Shown here: positions 34,801-48,186 of the stretch, piece by piece
Layout of the letters: every line of letters begins with the position of its first letter
Numbering within the stretch: the stretch's first letter is position 1
From: Eutreptiella sp. 'Long Island Sound 2002'
Taxonomy: Eukaryota > Protista > Euglenida
DNA: 64,000 bases
Assembly: GCA_964036045.1 (NCBI GenBank)
Contig: OZ038379.1
Location: forward strand, 76,136,001 to 76,200,000
Reading direction: 5' to 3'
Position numbers and translations under genes: made by a program
Notes under the pieces: model-generated
What the model saw: only the letters and a program-made list of their open reading frames with translations
The model's database searches: none
What the model was told of the DNA's origin: nothing

Positions 34801-35796
34801 TCAAGAAGGATCTTGATGAGTTGAAGACAGAGACTCGGATAAACCATCATAGAGAATGTAGCCAATCAGGCGTGATGCTCCTCCTCAGCCCCATGAAAAT
34901 CCTGTAGCGGATCAAGGGTTGCACTGGCAGGGCGACTCTGCTGCATGGTTGCAACATTCGACTACATCTCAGCGTGCATGTCTGCTGCAACTTCAATTTT
35001 GTAGTCACCACGGCACTCTTCTCGGATCTTGGCTTCAAAATCAGCCTTCACAACCTCTAAATCGTTGGCCAATTAGGTGGCCTTGGCACTGGCTTCAGAA
35101 TGTTTCCGAATCTCATTGGCGTACATATCTTGCAAACGATGCAGCTCATGCTCTTTTGCCTGTTTGGACTGCCGACATTTGTTCAACTCCTCGATCTTGC
35201 CGTCTAGAAGCGTCCTCAACGCAAAGGTGTTATGCTATCTTTGATCTCTGACTATCGTTGATGCCAAGGCCACCTGTGCAGAGCTCAGCACCACAAAGAT
35301 CCAACAAGGTGGCCTCATTATGTCTTCCACGCTTGGCGACGACATGCAAGCCAACCTGACGCAATATGTCGGCAGTGTTCACACTCCTATTGATGTGAAT
35401 GTTCCTTCCTTTTCTCCTGCTTCGTCGATGTACTCTACCATGCAGGCCACCCCAGGCCTGGCTCATGATCCTGCCCAATTAGCTGAGCACCACAGTGTGC
35501 AGGCTCCACTGTGCCCAGCTGTTGACCTTGCCATGTTCCCCTCCCAGGGACGCTCCACAGAGGTGAGCGACATGGTGTTTCAGGATCCCCCAGGATGGAC
35601 GAGGCTGAGGGGAGTGGGGAGCAGAAGGTCTAGCGAGACCCCTACCAGCTCATCACCATCCGGACAAGGCACGTATCAAAACCGGAAACACAAAAAGAAG
35701 CACAAAGGCAAGAAAAGGGACCGGAGATCACAAAGTTCCTCAGGGTCAAGGTCAGAGTCACGGTACAGTAATTCTCAAAGGAGGAGATACTACTGA
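31891..35796 (+). pseudogene. Intronless chimeric retrocopy: T/S/G/P-rich repeats, a PNO fragment, more T/S/G-rich repeats, a coiled-coil segment and a basic K/R/S tail
   Basis: A chain of frameshifted ORFs (31891-32367, 32039-32857, 32939-33331, 33256-33717, 33707-34231, 34551-34907, 35320-35796) starts right after the SL. There is a ~123-bp tandem duplication at ~32035-32270, and NGVPQ(Y/F)P occurs on both sides of the PNO part. Confidence 0.55.
32400..33787 (+). pseudogene. PNO: Pyruvate:NADP+ oxidoreductase (PFOR domains I-II and the start of III), processed pseudogene fragment
   Basis: ATSHVAYALSDAAFIYPITPSS, DVWMAQGRK, MQSEAGA, LTASQSLLLM, HSDVMAVR*TGWAML, FFDGFPTSHEVNKIK, GRHYKI, GEPLYVDV, IGGKYGLGSKEF and GTRQCFLWG all match Euglena-type PNO/PFOR as remembered. 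It has a stop codon, several frameshifts and no introns. Confidence 0.9.
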
Positions 35797-36899
35797 CACA
35801 AAAAACAGATGGCCAAAATGAAACAAAAGTTGAAAACAGCACAAAATCAGCAGCTACAGGAATCGTGTGAAATGGAGTTAACACACCCCGGATGCACGAA
35901 AACGGATACAAGTGCACCTCGAAGTACCATAAGTTGAAGCCGCCAGCACAGAACATGAGGCACCCCCCCCCTCCGCTAGTCTAGCAATTGCCGCATACAC
36001 CAGCATAGGTCCTAGCGGTACCAATGCAGAGTGGCCCGCAAACGGTCCATTACCACTACACGCATTCGCCTTATCAGCAACCCCCAAGGCTAGAGGGGCC
36101 GCATGCCATCAACCCAACACCACACCGGCCTTGGTCGGTCCAACCAACGCACAGCCAACATACACACCACACTCAGGTCAGGAGGTGCAGCAAGCGCTCA
36201 ACTCACCGCCACAACCTATCTCTGCGGCCACGGCGGTCAAAGCAACCGTACGGCCCAGTGTGTGGAAAGCTTGGACGCAAAGCAACCCCGAATTTATGGC
36301 GTCCCTAGATGACGCCTTTGACGCGGGAAAAGATGCAGTGCGCGCCGAGGCCTTGGCAGAGTGTTCCTCCCACGGAGCGACAACGGGCGAGGTAATGACT
36401 CATCTGCGAACAAGGCGCCCACTGTCACCCCGCCACGTCCGCCCCCGGGTCCCCCCACGCGTCATCCTTCATACACGTACCAGGACCATTATGTGCCCCG
36501 GCATCATTCGCAAGCAGCCTCTTCCGGTCCCCCGTCCTATGAGGAGTCCAAGTACCACCAGCGACCCGGAGAGAAGGGCGCATTTGGAGGCCGAGGCAAG
36601 AAACGTGGGTGGGTCGGGAAGCTGGCACCCAAACCAAAGGTTTACCCTCCCTGATCCCCGGACAATACCACGCAATAGTTTCTCGTTTTGCATGATATGG
36701 GATCACGTGATGACATCGATAAACCAATTGATGCATCCACCATTAAATGTGCTTCTTTAGGGTCGACGCAAGCGAGACCACAGCTGTGAGCCACGGACGG
36801 GAGGAGAGTACGGCCCAAGAGACCGCACCAGCGGCCGCACAGAGGCCGACACCTCACCCGTCAGTGGTCATGGGACACAAGGAGAGTAAGGACGCCGAC

Positions 36900-38500
36900 A
36901 CCTTTGCCCCTACATGAACGTGCCGCCAAGAGTAAGGAGAGTCCGGCCCAGAAGATAGCATCAACTACGGCACGGAGGCCGGCGCCAAAGCTCATGGCCG
37001 TCAAACAAGGTGTAGGGGAACATGCAATGATGTTGCCAATAACCCCTCGCTTTGTCATGTCGCGCCATGAGCGAAGTGCGCCATACCATGATTTTGATTT
37101 TGCGCGCCGCCGCCCGGCAACTAATGTCTTCTACATTTGACGGTGGGGGTTCCCAAAGCATTCAACATTCCGATGACCCAATGGATACTGACCCTTGTGA
37201 ATCCTTTGCAACATGTGTGTGTGGGCATCCTCTACCGTGTTCATCGTCGTGCATGCATGTGGCCTCTTCCGGGTAGGGATACCCATGGCAGGAATCGTGG
37301 CAGGCATTAAACAACCGGGTAAATACATGGATGAATGAACACCCAAATTTGCCCCCAATACACTCCAGCAAGCTGGGGTACAGGTGGGATGCGGTGCAAA
37401 GTGACAACAACCGTTTGCAGGATACACCAGGAACACGTGTGCCCCATGACACAATTGTAAGCAAACACACGCATTGGTCAATGCCGGTCAATGCCGGACC
37501 CCACTACCAATGAACTCATGTGCGGACACTCCCCTCACTCCCTTGTATGCTTTACAGCAGCACCTTTAAGTCTGGATGTACGTGCATGGTCGGAACCCCC
37601 AGAATGGGCTCGAAACCGTTGTGTCTGGGCACCATGGTTCATGAGCACCCGCAAGGCACGTGAGGTGGACACAAGACGACATAGAACACCCACCGCTTTA
37701 ACTGGACCAAATCCCTTGGTACCTATATGAAAGGTAGTTTTGTTCATCATAAATTGTTGTATGAAATATGAACGCATTCTGCTCTTGCTAGCGTACCCAT
37801 GGGCCATTTTTGTTCACAATTCGGGGGGCTGGTTCAACACCCTTGAGGTGAGTTTTTTTTTGTGGACCGGGGGTTTTTTGTAAAAATTACCATTTTTGCC
37901 AGTTTGTGCAGTTGTGAAAACATCCTCCCCTGTTCATAATTCCATTCATAATCCCATTCATAATTAAGAGCTCGTTTTATGAACGGGGTTTTCATTTTAT
38001 CAACGCGTTTTATGAACGCGTTGTAGTCCTGCGCCAACCCCAGCCAAAAAATGGGTCATAGAGAGGAGACACTATGATTTATTTTAGGTACACACTGGGC
38101 GCCTTGGCTCCTGCTCACAGGAACTCGCCGGATGACATGGGTTAAATGGCTTTGGGCAAATGAGCGGTGGGATGGATGTGGCGCGCCATGGGATCATAAT
38201 GTTGTGAAGTGCCCATGGGCAATACCAGGCATGGCACCACTGTGCATACGCGGCTGATTCAATGCCGAAAATGGGCTCCTTCCTTCCGGAAGGCATGGAC
38301 ACAATCATGGGCCACATGGGCTGAATACGCAGAGCAATGGTATGACAACGCGTTCGCGGAAGACATGCACCATGTCGCGTGCCTAAGAGTTCCTAGTTCG
38401 CTCTATGACCAACTGCCCCAGGGATGTGGACCCCACTTCCGGGAGCACGTGGAAAGAAAGGTGACAAAGAAGGAGCAACGTATATTCCTACCCTGAGTAT
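36900..38500 (+). mobile_element. Highly degenerate LINE 3' remnant (RNase H-like and Trp-rich C-terminus)
   Basis: NVFYI(F)DGGG, and PWFMS..., QC..WAPSFRKAWTQSWATW, resembling the PWLWG/HCPAWSDFWDMWHRSW region at 23000-23200. Confidence 0.4.
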
Positions 38501-39289
38501 ACCTGTAGAGCGACTTGGGGTCGCCACAACTCATGTTTGGCCCTCGTCTTCTCACCTATGACAAATTTTCTTTGCTCCGGGGATGGGCATGGGTGACTCT
38601 GGTGATGCTCTGATTCACCCTGTTATCCTCCTAGTGGCACATGTCCATTTGGCCTGTGGCAGCGAGCAGGCTGTGCTGTGTGGTGCTTCCTCGCGCCGCT
38701 GCAAGCCCTTTTGGATAAGTGCGTCCGTTAGACCGAGGATATGATATGATAGGTTCACCTCATGCAGCCACTCCTCGTATGTCTTTTCCATCTAATGCAG
38801 CCACTTACAAAATGCCGTCATAGTGCCGGTCTCTGAGAACACTTGGGCACCCATTGTTGTGTATATCTTTGCCTCCCGCATCATTCCAGTGGTTTGGTCC
38901 TTCATCCTGGGTGCAGACAATTTCTCCATCACTTTTTGATGCCCGATAGCATCCTTGGTGAACTCAAGGTATTTTAGCGCCTTCACCTTGATATGGTATG
39001 AATCCTGGCGTCGTAGAATCTTGTGACACTGCTTATCAGCTGCGTGTGTCGCCGTTCCGGCTGGTTTGACTTTTGCACGCTTTTGTGTCCAAGGTTTATA
39101 CATTACTTGTTGTTGCAACACTTGTGGGGTGGGATTTGGGGTACACACCCTAGCCTTCACCTTACCACGCCATTCCCAAATAGACTGAATGGGTTGTGTT
39201 GCTTCATTGTCCCCAGGGGGCATGGTGAACTCATTTCTTAACTGGTAGCCAATGTGAAGCATCATCTACGTTTTGCGACTGTAGTTGGA

Positions 39290-39790
39290 CCCCGAGATTG
39301 ACTCGTGCTGTTGCACAACTATTGCAATTTTGTCAAAAAAATAACGATAGTACGTATAAATCCACGGGGAGTCATGTGGCACGAGCAAGGCCCTCTTAGT
39401 GGGTATAATTGGCCGTCAAAAGCGCTGTTTTGGGCTTGCTCGCACTACAATGGGCAACAAAGGGTTGACCTACAGCTGCCCAAAAGTTGCCCGTGTGCGT
39501 GGATTCACTTTTGTCTCCCACTCCTATCCCGTTCCACTTTTTCCACTTTTGTCTTCCATGTTCACCTCCTATCCGATGATGGGACTCCCGAGTGGTATGT
39601 CCAAAACTGAGTCCCCGTGTAGAGCCCAACCGGTGAGCTGTTTAGTGGCGCTTGCAATTTTCCAAAAATTCAGTTTCTTCAGCAACCCCTTTGTCGCCCT
39701 TACAACGGTTTTGGGTGGTTGTTTGTGGACAATACAGGTTTTTGGGCACCCATGGGGATCTATGTATGGGCCGGTTGGCCCATGTAAATA
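39290..39790. repeat. Dispersed repeat family member, reverse orientation (cf. 5980-6600 and 30640-31100)
   Basis: gctgttttgggcttgctcgcactacaatgggcaacaaa is the reverse complement of the conserved family block. Confidence 0.65.
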
Positions 39791-39949
39791 GCCCCCCCCC
39801 CCCCTAACGCTCCCACCCAAACTGCCTTGGATTAGGATTTTTAGTGGCAGGCAAATTTGCCAAATTCAATGTTTTCCAAAATCTTTTTTGGTTTTTGGGA
39901 TTGGTTTGGGTGATCATTTGGTGACAATACGGGTACTCCAGCACTTAGG

Positions 39950-42700
39950 GGAAGCGACGTAGTGGCCGCTTGGCCCATGTAGCTTGGGCCATAGCCCTGC
40001 CCCCCTTCCTCCCTCGAAGCCCCGCAATTGCTGCTATTTCGGTATTTTCGTGGACCCTTTGGGGTGATGGCCCGGGCTATGTGGGCCCAGCAGCCACTAA
40101 AGGGGGACCGCTTGCGGGGACGTGGGGGCAACCGTGTTGCCGAGCCTGCTAGCGGGATGCACGGCGGCCTACGGGACCACTCCTCTTGGAGCTTCCGTGG
40201 GGGGCTTGGGGGCACTACGACAAGGTGCACCTCTTTTGGGACTTCCCGGAGTGGGATGTGGCGTTGGCCATTTGGCAACCATGGATGTGCAATGCAGCCA
40301 ACAACTTTCCGCAGCCCGGCGTGCCATAGCTACGACAGGCGTGCCAGCGGTGTGCCACCCTATTACCACCCCGTTTTTTCGCGCACATGGACAAGGCAAA
40401 TTTGCATGAATGTGCGCTGCCCGTACATTATTTACCTGATGGTGGTTGCAGCCCCCATGCAGCGGGCAACGGACAACGGGCTCGCCAAGAGGTTCCTGCT
40501 TCTTGCGGGATTGGCGGCCCTAGTCCAACTCCAGCTATGTCTCCCATTGATAGTACTTGTGCATGCCGCTGCCCCGGGACGTGTTGCGGTTGTGCCTGTG
40601 TGTGGGCTTAGACCACAAATGCTACTGGCTACAAATGCGCACATGAGTTTGCGCACAACTTGATCCGCTGGGCTGGTTCGCCGGCGTGCCTACAAGGCTC
40701 TTGTGGGCTCGGCGCTACCTACGTCCCTCGACCACCAACTGTGTGGACGCTTGTTTTCAAGGTGTTTTGGGCTTGTGTGCACTATTGTGTTCCACAATTC
40801 GTTGGCCTCTTGTTGCCCCTAGTTGCCCTCTACTTTTTTCCTCTACATGAACCCAATGCGGGTGGTATCTCCAATTTTCCTATATGGCCCCCGTGTAGGA
40901 CCCCAACGGTGAGGATTTACCTACTCGGGTTTGCTGAAAATTGTACCTCGGGGTAACCGCAAACAACTCCGGGGACGCTTGCCACGACACGCAGCCCACT
41001 TGGTGCAGCGTCAATTGCCAATGGGAGGGGTGTTGCCAGTTCCTGCTACCGTAGGGGGGATGTTGGCACGGGCGTTCTTTGAAGCTCTTTCTTTGAAGCT
41101 CGCCACGACATGTTTCTACAATCACCGCGCTTGACATTCGTATGACTAGGACGCCTAAATGCGGAGTCCACGGCCGCTGGTGCAGTTGCGCAAGGCACGC
41201 ATGGACCGCTTCCTCATAAATTATGTTTCAAGGTTGCCGGCATAGGAGCGTGTGGTTCTCTTTTATGAGGCGTGGCTGTCAAGGGCCTGGGGGCTCAACG
41301 TTATGCTTGTAACGACGGGGCGGCATTCCCGGTTGGGGAGGGACGCACCACCATGTGGGCTATGTGGTTGGTGCGACGGTCGCCTTGGTGCCCAAGGTGC
41401 ACGCCGCTAGTTTCGGAATCGGGGGCTGCCATAGGGCGGGCCACATGGGGCATGACGTGGACACCTAGGGGCCACAGTGTCCCCCAGCCCCGGCCATATG
41501 CACCCGAGGCAGAAAGTCTTTCTTCCATAGGACTAGGAGTGGCGGCAATGTCGACGTGGCGGTGCCTAGCTAGCCCTCGAGACGACACTCGCCGCGGCGA
41601 TTGGGCGCGCAACCCCCAAAGCGGATGATTAGCCGGCCCCTGGAAATGGGTGTGGGCATGCGGGGAAGCACCGGTGGCCCCAAGCGCTGAAACGGGGTTG
41701 CAAGAGGGGGGGCACAAGGGGGGGGCGGGTGCCGTTCAGAGCTCTACGAAGCCCCACCCCTCTCCGCCGCCCCCCTGCAACCCCCCCCCCCCCCACCCAG
41801 AGAAATGAAAAAGCAGGGCGCCGTAGCGCCCCTGAGCCACAGGCACAACATGTTGTCACGTGTTGCACAGCCAAAGCACGACTGGGGCGGCGAGAGTGCG
41901 GCCCATGTGAGGAAGACGAAAGCAAGTAGGCATGAATGTGTGGGCGGCATGCGCATGCAGCGTGGGGAGCAGACGTGGTATGCGCCACACGCATAACAGC
42001 AATGATTTGTTGAGTTGCCTGACAGACGGAGCGCATGCTGAAATACTGAGACGCCTTTGCGCCAACCAAGGCGCCATTGCGCCCCTAAGGATGGAGTATG
42101 ACACGACCTCACGACCTGCGGGGCCAGGGTTAGAGACTAACCGGCACTGTGGGTGGGTGGTGGGTGCGAGCTGACCTCGATGTCCAAAGGAACAGTGCCA
42201 ATGCACAGCCAGCAGCCACCTGGTGTGGTACAGAACTGGTATACGCTGCAGTGCAGCAAGCAAAACACTGACCAATGTGGTTATGACCATGCGCCTGTGA
42301 CACGGGGGCGTATGCGAGCCCAGTTTCCGTTGCCTCATGGCCCCACCCAGGGGGTCTTCAGCCCACTTGTACTGAGGGGGGGGAGTCGCGTACAAAAGCG
42401 AGGAGACGCCCCCCGGTGACGGGCGGCTGCTGGGGCGCGGATTGCCTTCGCTTGCCGGTGGCGCAAGGGCAGTGACCCTTCCCTCTTTCGGGCGTAGACA
42501 CACTTGCTAGCCCCTCACGGGAGCACCTCACCGAGGGCACGGTTGACGAGACAGCAACGCGCCCAATGCACGGATGCATTAGAAGGGAAGGGGCCTCATA
42601 GGCGGCCCAAGAGGCGATTCGACAGGCGGTTGCAGGAGGTTGCCAAAGTGGTCGGGTGTTGTTAATGTTAGTTATAAATGCAATTGAAGCTGGCATTTGG
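39950..42700 (-). mobile_element. Degenerate tyrosine-recombinase retrotransposon (RT-like, RNase H, YR-like) on the minus strand
   Basis: RQLNK...FRLP (RT-like, ~41900-42050); GRGWGTLW, DSETSGVHL and WVPC-like..VDSAFRRP (RNase H, 41150-41500); WHACRSYG (HxxR-like, ~40310-40340). All are heavily frameshifted. Confidence 0.5.
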
Positions 42701-44290
42701 CGTCAAGGACACGGTGGTTTGACCTAGGTTGAACCCCGCCCTCTTCCCATGGATTACTCAGAAAGAACAAGGGAATTCACACCTTTCCCAGGTTGCAGAG
42801 GCACAGGAGGGGGGTAGGAAAAAAATATCCCGTGGGAGGCGAAATTTCATTCCATATGGGGCGGACACGTGTCGCGGTTGAAAAAGATCACCGCAAAAGT
42901 TGAAAACATTGGTGGGTGGCAACAGTTTCATTTGAAAAAAATGTGTGGAACGTGTGCTTGGACCTGGTCCCATTGCGGGTGGCCACAGCTGTTTGTCCAT
43001 GTTTGGGGAGGGCATCGGGGTCATCGTTTCGCAGCGGGTTACCGGCAGCCCACCCCCGAGTAGCTCCGGGAGGTTGTGGGGTAGCCCTAGGCGGGCCAGC
43101 TGTTCATGGCAAGCCGGTTTGAAGCGGTGTCTGTCTGGGCAAAATGACCTGAAACTGGTGGTGAGCTACGGTCCCCTCCCCCGTCTTCTAGGTTCCCGTT
43201 TGGTGTCTGTTGGTGTTTCATCAGGTGTTTGCTATGGATCAATCATTGGTGCCATTGGTCTGCGAGAGGTGAGTTTTGCGCTCCTTGTTCCACGAAAAAT
43301 TGCTGGCTCGTGTTTTGGGCATCGTCAAAAAAATTTTCTTCCCTTGCACGTGTCAACTTCACATCGTATTACCATGGCTCTCGCATCCTCCGCAGCCCTT
43401 TTGGCTGACGCCCCCCCCTCAAGCCCAAGCCCTTTGCAATATCGTTGCGGAGTGGCGGGAACGGAACATAGCCGCTAAGAAGTGGCAGTGCCCTTGTGGC
43501 AAGGTTTTGCCCATTACCATGGGCCCTACTACCAAGGCCTTCACACATGTCCACTGCAAGGGGGAGCAACACAAAGACTGGCTGCAGTACATTTTCGCGA
43601 TTTTCACCATTTTGGCCCCGTTTGGGCCGTTTGTTGATGTTTATTCATGTTTTTTTTGTGCTTTTTTTTTGTGTTTTTCAAAGTTATTTGAAAGGTTTAT
43701 GTGGTTTTCATTGGCTATTGCCTTTTTTTTTGGTTTTTGGTTTTTGTTTAATCTAATTTGTCACAGAATTCACTTGTCAGATGTTTTTTCGACGTGTTTA
43801 TGAGTGTCGCAAAAGTTTTCAACAACACTACGCGGTCCAATGGTTACGTAGAGAATATACAAAGTAGAAATTACAAAGCATAAAGCATAAAGTAGGAAGT
43901 AGGAAGTAGAAAGTAACAAAGGAGAGATAACGGAACAACCCGCGAAGAGCACTAAGGCAGTAAGGTTTCTAAGTGTAGCATTCTTCTCATGTGCATGGAG
44001 TCCCTACACGTGCGGGCATATGGGGTCAAGCTTGTGGAGTAGACGTTCAAGTAGGGATTTGTGGCGTTGGTCGCTTTATTCAACAAGGGTGTCCAAATTG
44101 GGGAAACGAGGTTGCGAGAGCTCTGCAGCCGCAACGTTTGGGACGGGGTCGTGGGCAAGGGTCGGCACATGCTTCATTAGTAGGAATTTCTCGGGTCAAA
44201 GCTGTACCAGGGGTTTAGGGCCTAGAGGAAAGGGCGGGAATGGGTGGCTCGTGCATTCTTCTCGTTTGTCCCTCTCACTAGCATCTTGTT

Positions 44291-45320
44291 ATGCGTCCCA
44301 TTTGGGCTCGACGCGCCGACACAGGCCAGTGGGTGCACCTGCACTCCGTTGCCGATGCGGTAGCTCGTGTGAAGCGCAATGGTACGGACATTTTTCACAC
44401 ACAGGTGACCCGTGCCGCATACAAAGGGGCTATCAGCAAGGGATGGCACTTCTCCTTTGAAGATGAGATCCCACGTCCACCCCTTGTGGCCACCGCCCCC
44501 CCCCCCCCCCGAGCAGTGCACGAGCTGTGGTGTCCTCCTACTTCCGCCCTATCTCTTCTCTCCTCACATGTGCCTGCTGTGGCGACAATCTACTCGGGGA
44601 TATCCTTGCGTGCACGAATTGTAATCACAATGTTCATGCCTTGTGCACGCAGTGCGGTCATTGCTTCAAATGTGTGTGCCGTGTGTGCAATCAACCACCT
44701 TGTTCTGACATGCGGGCATGCAAGACATGCAAGCATTTGGTGCATACCACATGCAGACATGTGCACTGCACGTCACCTTCCGTGTGGAGGTGGTATGCAA
44801 AGCATGCACACCCCGGCCACGGGAGCACGCACCGCCCGCCAAGAAGGAGAGGCGTCGGTTCCAACCCGCATGGCAAGCCGGCCGCCCATGGTTGCAACAT
44901 GCCAATGGGGTGATGTGTTGTGCTGCCTGCCGGGAGTACCCCCAGACTGGTGTGCAACAGTGTTGGTTGACTGGCAACAGACAATTCCGCCGTAGGATTG
45001 TGGAACAACACGGCAACTCGGGCTTGCACTGTAAGTCCTTGTCATTGTGGGAAAGCGGTGGGACCTCAACCACCGTTATAGGTACCTTGCCGGCGCCCAT
45101 CCGCCAGGCCATCCATGGCGTCTTCCAATTGGTATATCGCATGGCAAACGCGGCAGCCCACCTGCCCACATACCCGGTGATGCGGAGGCCCTAATTGTGG
45201 GTGGCGGCACCGTTACACCGTCCTATCACTCTGCCTCCTCGGTGCGCCAGATTTTGCATGCAATCGCCGCACCCATTGGCTTCGTGGAAGGTGAGGCCAT
45301 TGATACCTCGTTGTTCTGAG
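44291..45320 (+). mobile_element. hAT-type transposase N-terminal remnant (Cys-rich finger plus TTF-type zinc finger)
   Basis: RRFQPAWQAGRPWLQHANGVMCCAACR...WLTG..QFRR..V.QH..S.LH..S is a ZnF_TTF pattern typical of ZNF862/hAT-like proteins, followed by YHSASSVRQILHAIA. An upstream CxxC-rich segment lies at 44570-44790. Confidence 0.65.
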
Positions 45321-45375
45321 CCGAGAATCGGCGGATCCACGGCACCGAGGTCTCTTCTCAACCCTTCGAGATGAA

Positions 45376-45954
45376 TTGCCAGCATCAATCATAAGTGAAG
45401 CACAAATGTCCATACCCTATGCGTTCGACAAGCCTGCCAAATTCGTTTGCGATGCACTGAGATGGTTGACAGCACGTGGAAAGATTATTCATATAGCAAG
45501 CATCTCCAAGACTCTCACGCCATATGGGATGCTCCTCACAGCATCTGCGGATATTCAAATGGACACGGAAAAGACCTCTTTGGAATACGTCCCATTGGCA
45601 ATCATGAAATCACCAGCGCTTCTCTACAATGTGCAGCAGCACCTATTGCAAATACAACGACTCGTCCATCAATGGGATCCCACATATCGTGCAATTGCGA
45701 ACAAAGACATCAAAAATTTCTTGCAGAAACACCTCAAACTGCCGGATGCGGATATGAATACAGTCTCAGCAGTAGTGATGAAAGGACATCTGTATGACCC
45801 AATCAGAGACTACCTCCCGCAATATCAGCGGAAAGTATGGGCAGAATGGCAAAAGCATGGTCACAAACAGATTCTTGAACACATCATGGCTCTACCAAAG
45901 TTGCTCCCGGCAAAGACCACATGGAATATGACAGTAGAGGATCACCACCGCTGA
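45376..45954 (+). other. 192-codon ORF of unknown function, probably an element-derived fragment
   Basis: Protein-like composition, no recognised motif, no splice context identified. Confidence 0.25.
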
Positions 45955-46565
45955 GTTTGCATATTCTGTCATGGCTTGCTGATCACATAGCTGTGCCGCA
46001 TCTCAGGACTCTCCAAAAATTCAAAGGACAGATACCATGATCTCAATTGAGAATGCCAGGGAACAACTAATGAACTCCATTCTCTCTCTGAACACAGCCA
46101 ATGACCTCGACCGGATTCACGGAGCAAGGGCAATCTCATGGATGGATCACATGGTTGGATCACAGCTCCAACATATGCACTCATGATACCACATAATGCA
46201 CATCCAATGTCATCGGATCACATCGACTTGCTCTCTCAGCCATAGGCAAATCTTTCTCTCATTGCATCGGTGGATGATGAATCACTTTCACCTTCGAGAT
46301 CACGTCCAGCAATGAGCTTATTTGCCGATATCAATTCGGTTTCTCGAGCAGCCACATGGGGCACAAAATACCGGAGGGTTTCCCGGGTGATGTGTCGCAC
46401 ACCCATGTGGCCACAGAGTATGCGTGAGGTGGAGCGCTGTTCTGTGCTCATCGTGATTGGAGGTGGCCAAGCACTTGACTGTGAAGGCACTGCTATGCAC
46501 CAATGGAGCCTGGCGCGGCTGGACGCCCCACCAAAGCATGTGCACATTCGGGTGGGAGATCGCTT

Positions 46566-47314
46566 CTAGCTGTCGGCATCGGAAGGCACAGTGCCGCGAG
46601 GGCTGGCTGCGGCACTAGCAACCTTGTCTACCGTGGTGCCCAGCAACTCCACCGTGGACCGCACCAAGGGCGCCCCCAATGCCCTTCCCGGGGGTTTAGG
46701 CCGAACTATCCTCTCCCACGACGTCCTAGCCGCAGGGTCGCTGCGCAAGAGGGCATCCACGTGCGGCATCACTGGAGCAAACTGCTCATATCGGTGTTCC
46801 ATGGCCACATAGTGACGCAGATACGGCACGCCACCTGTTGTGAGCACTGCCATGCCTCCGATGCTCGTGGCGAATGGCATTGGGCCCTCTTCCGCTTCCG
46901 GCATTCGCGGCGTCAATAGGCTATGCACCATGCGTTGAAGGCTGCCTAGCCCTTGTGCTGTGCGCGAGGCCTCGTCCGTGAGGTCCTTCTGTGCCGGCAC
47001 GTAAACCTCTTCTGCTTGCCAGAGATGCTGTCCGACACGGCGTGATCCTCTCCTTCGTTGGTGACGTGGGTGTTGTCCGCCAGAGCTAGCACCCGCGTGG
47101 CCAGGGGAAGGTGCGTCTCTCGGAGTACCTTGAGCCCCAAATACCGACCAAACGTTTCCGAGGCCCCCGGGTACGGGTCCGCTACTACCACTGCAGACCA
47201 GGCATCGGCAAACACCCTACGGGCATCCGCTAGTACGGCTGCATACACTAGCAATTGCAGAGGGTGAGTCGGAGGTGCGTCCCGTGACCAGCCTTCGGCG
47301 CCGTGGACGGCCAA
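46566..47314 (-). other. Two overlapping frameshifted ORFs, possibly gag/ORF1-like
   Basis: Helical, protein-like translations (46946-47314 then 46566-47000) adjacent to a DIRS-type RNase H on the opposite strand. No diagnostic motif. Confidence 0.3.
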
Positions 47315-47399
47315 TTACCGTACACTAGTCCTCCTCCTCCTCCTCCCCCCCCCCCCACAATGGGCACCGCAACCCACTCTATTTTTGAGATGCGGCGCC

Positions 47400-47868
47400 G
47401 GCGCCGGAGCCCGTGTGCTTCAGGGCAGGCCTGGTCAGCAGAGAAGGGCTGTGGCGGAGCACACAGTGCCCGCGGTGGGTCCGCAGCCTCCAGGCGGCGG
47501 AGCTGTCGGCAGCGACTGGCGCTATCAAAGTCACGGTCAACATGGGGGAGCGCAGGATCTCGCTGGGCCTGGACAGCGAAGGGGCGCGCCAGATTCTGGG
47601 GCGGGGCACGTCGGCGGGGCATTGTGTGGCGCAGCAGCGAATTCTGAGGCAACTGTTCTGGTTGAGGGGGTGGGCTGGGGTACAAGTGAATGTTTTCCGT
47701 GTGCCGCCGGCCGACAACCCGGCCGACCCGCTGTCGCGGCTACCGTCCCTGGCCACTCGCACAGTCGGCGTTCGTAACGCCCGGTGCCTCCCGGTCAAGT
47801 GGCTGCGCCATGGCCACATGCCGCGAATGACCCCCTTGCCGGCCTTTCCCTGGCCACTGCTGCAGTGA
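47400..47868 (+). mobile_element. DIRS/Ngaro/VIPER-type RNase H fragment
   Basis: SLQAAEL...ISLGLDSEGA...AQQRILRQL...FRVPPADNPADPLSR; homologous to 28-504. Confidence 0.8.
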
Positions 47869-48186
47869 GGCGGCCCAATTTTGGGGCCCCCCGCATCCTG
47901 CTTGCTCTCTGTTGTGTGTGTATGTGTGTATCTTTTACCTTGTTCTTCGCTCCTTTCCTTTATTTACGCAGCAGGCCTGCAGGCTGCGGGGTGGACAGTC
48001 CTCTGCCCTAGCGGTGCTCTTTCGTCCCCGTCGGGACGTTTCCAGAGCGTCTCCTTTGACGCTAGTGTCTTTTCCTTTAGGTCCCGGGACAGAGTGACGG
48101 GGGAGTGGCGGCGCGTCCTCCAAAGGGACACGCGCGGCCCTGGCGGTGCGGCGGGGCACACATACGCGTGCCGGCATTTTGCATGA

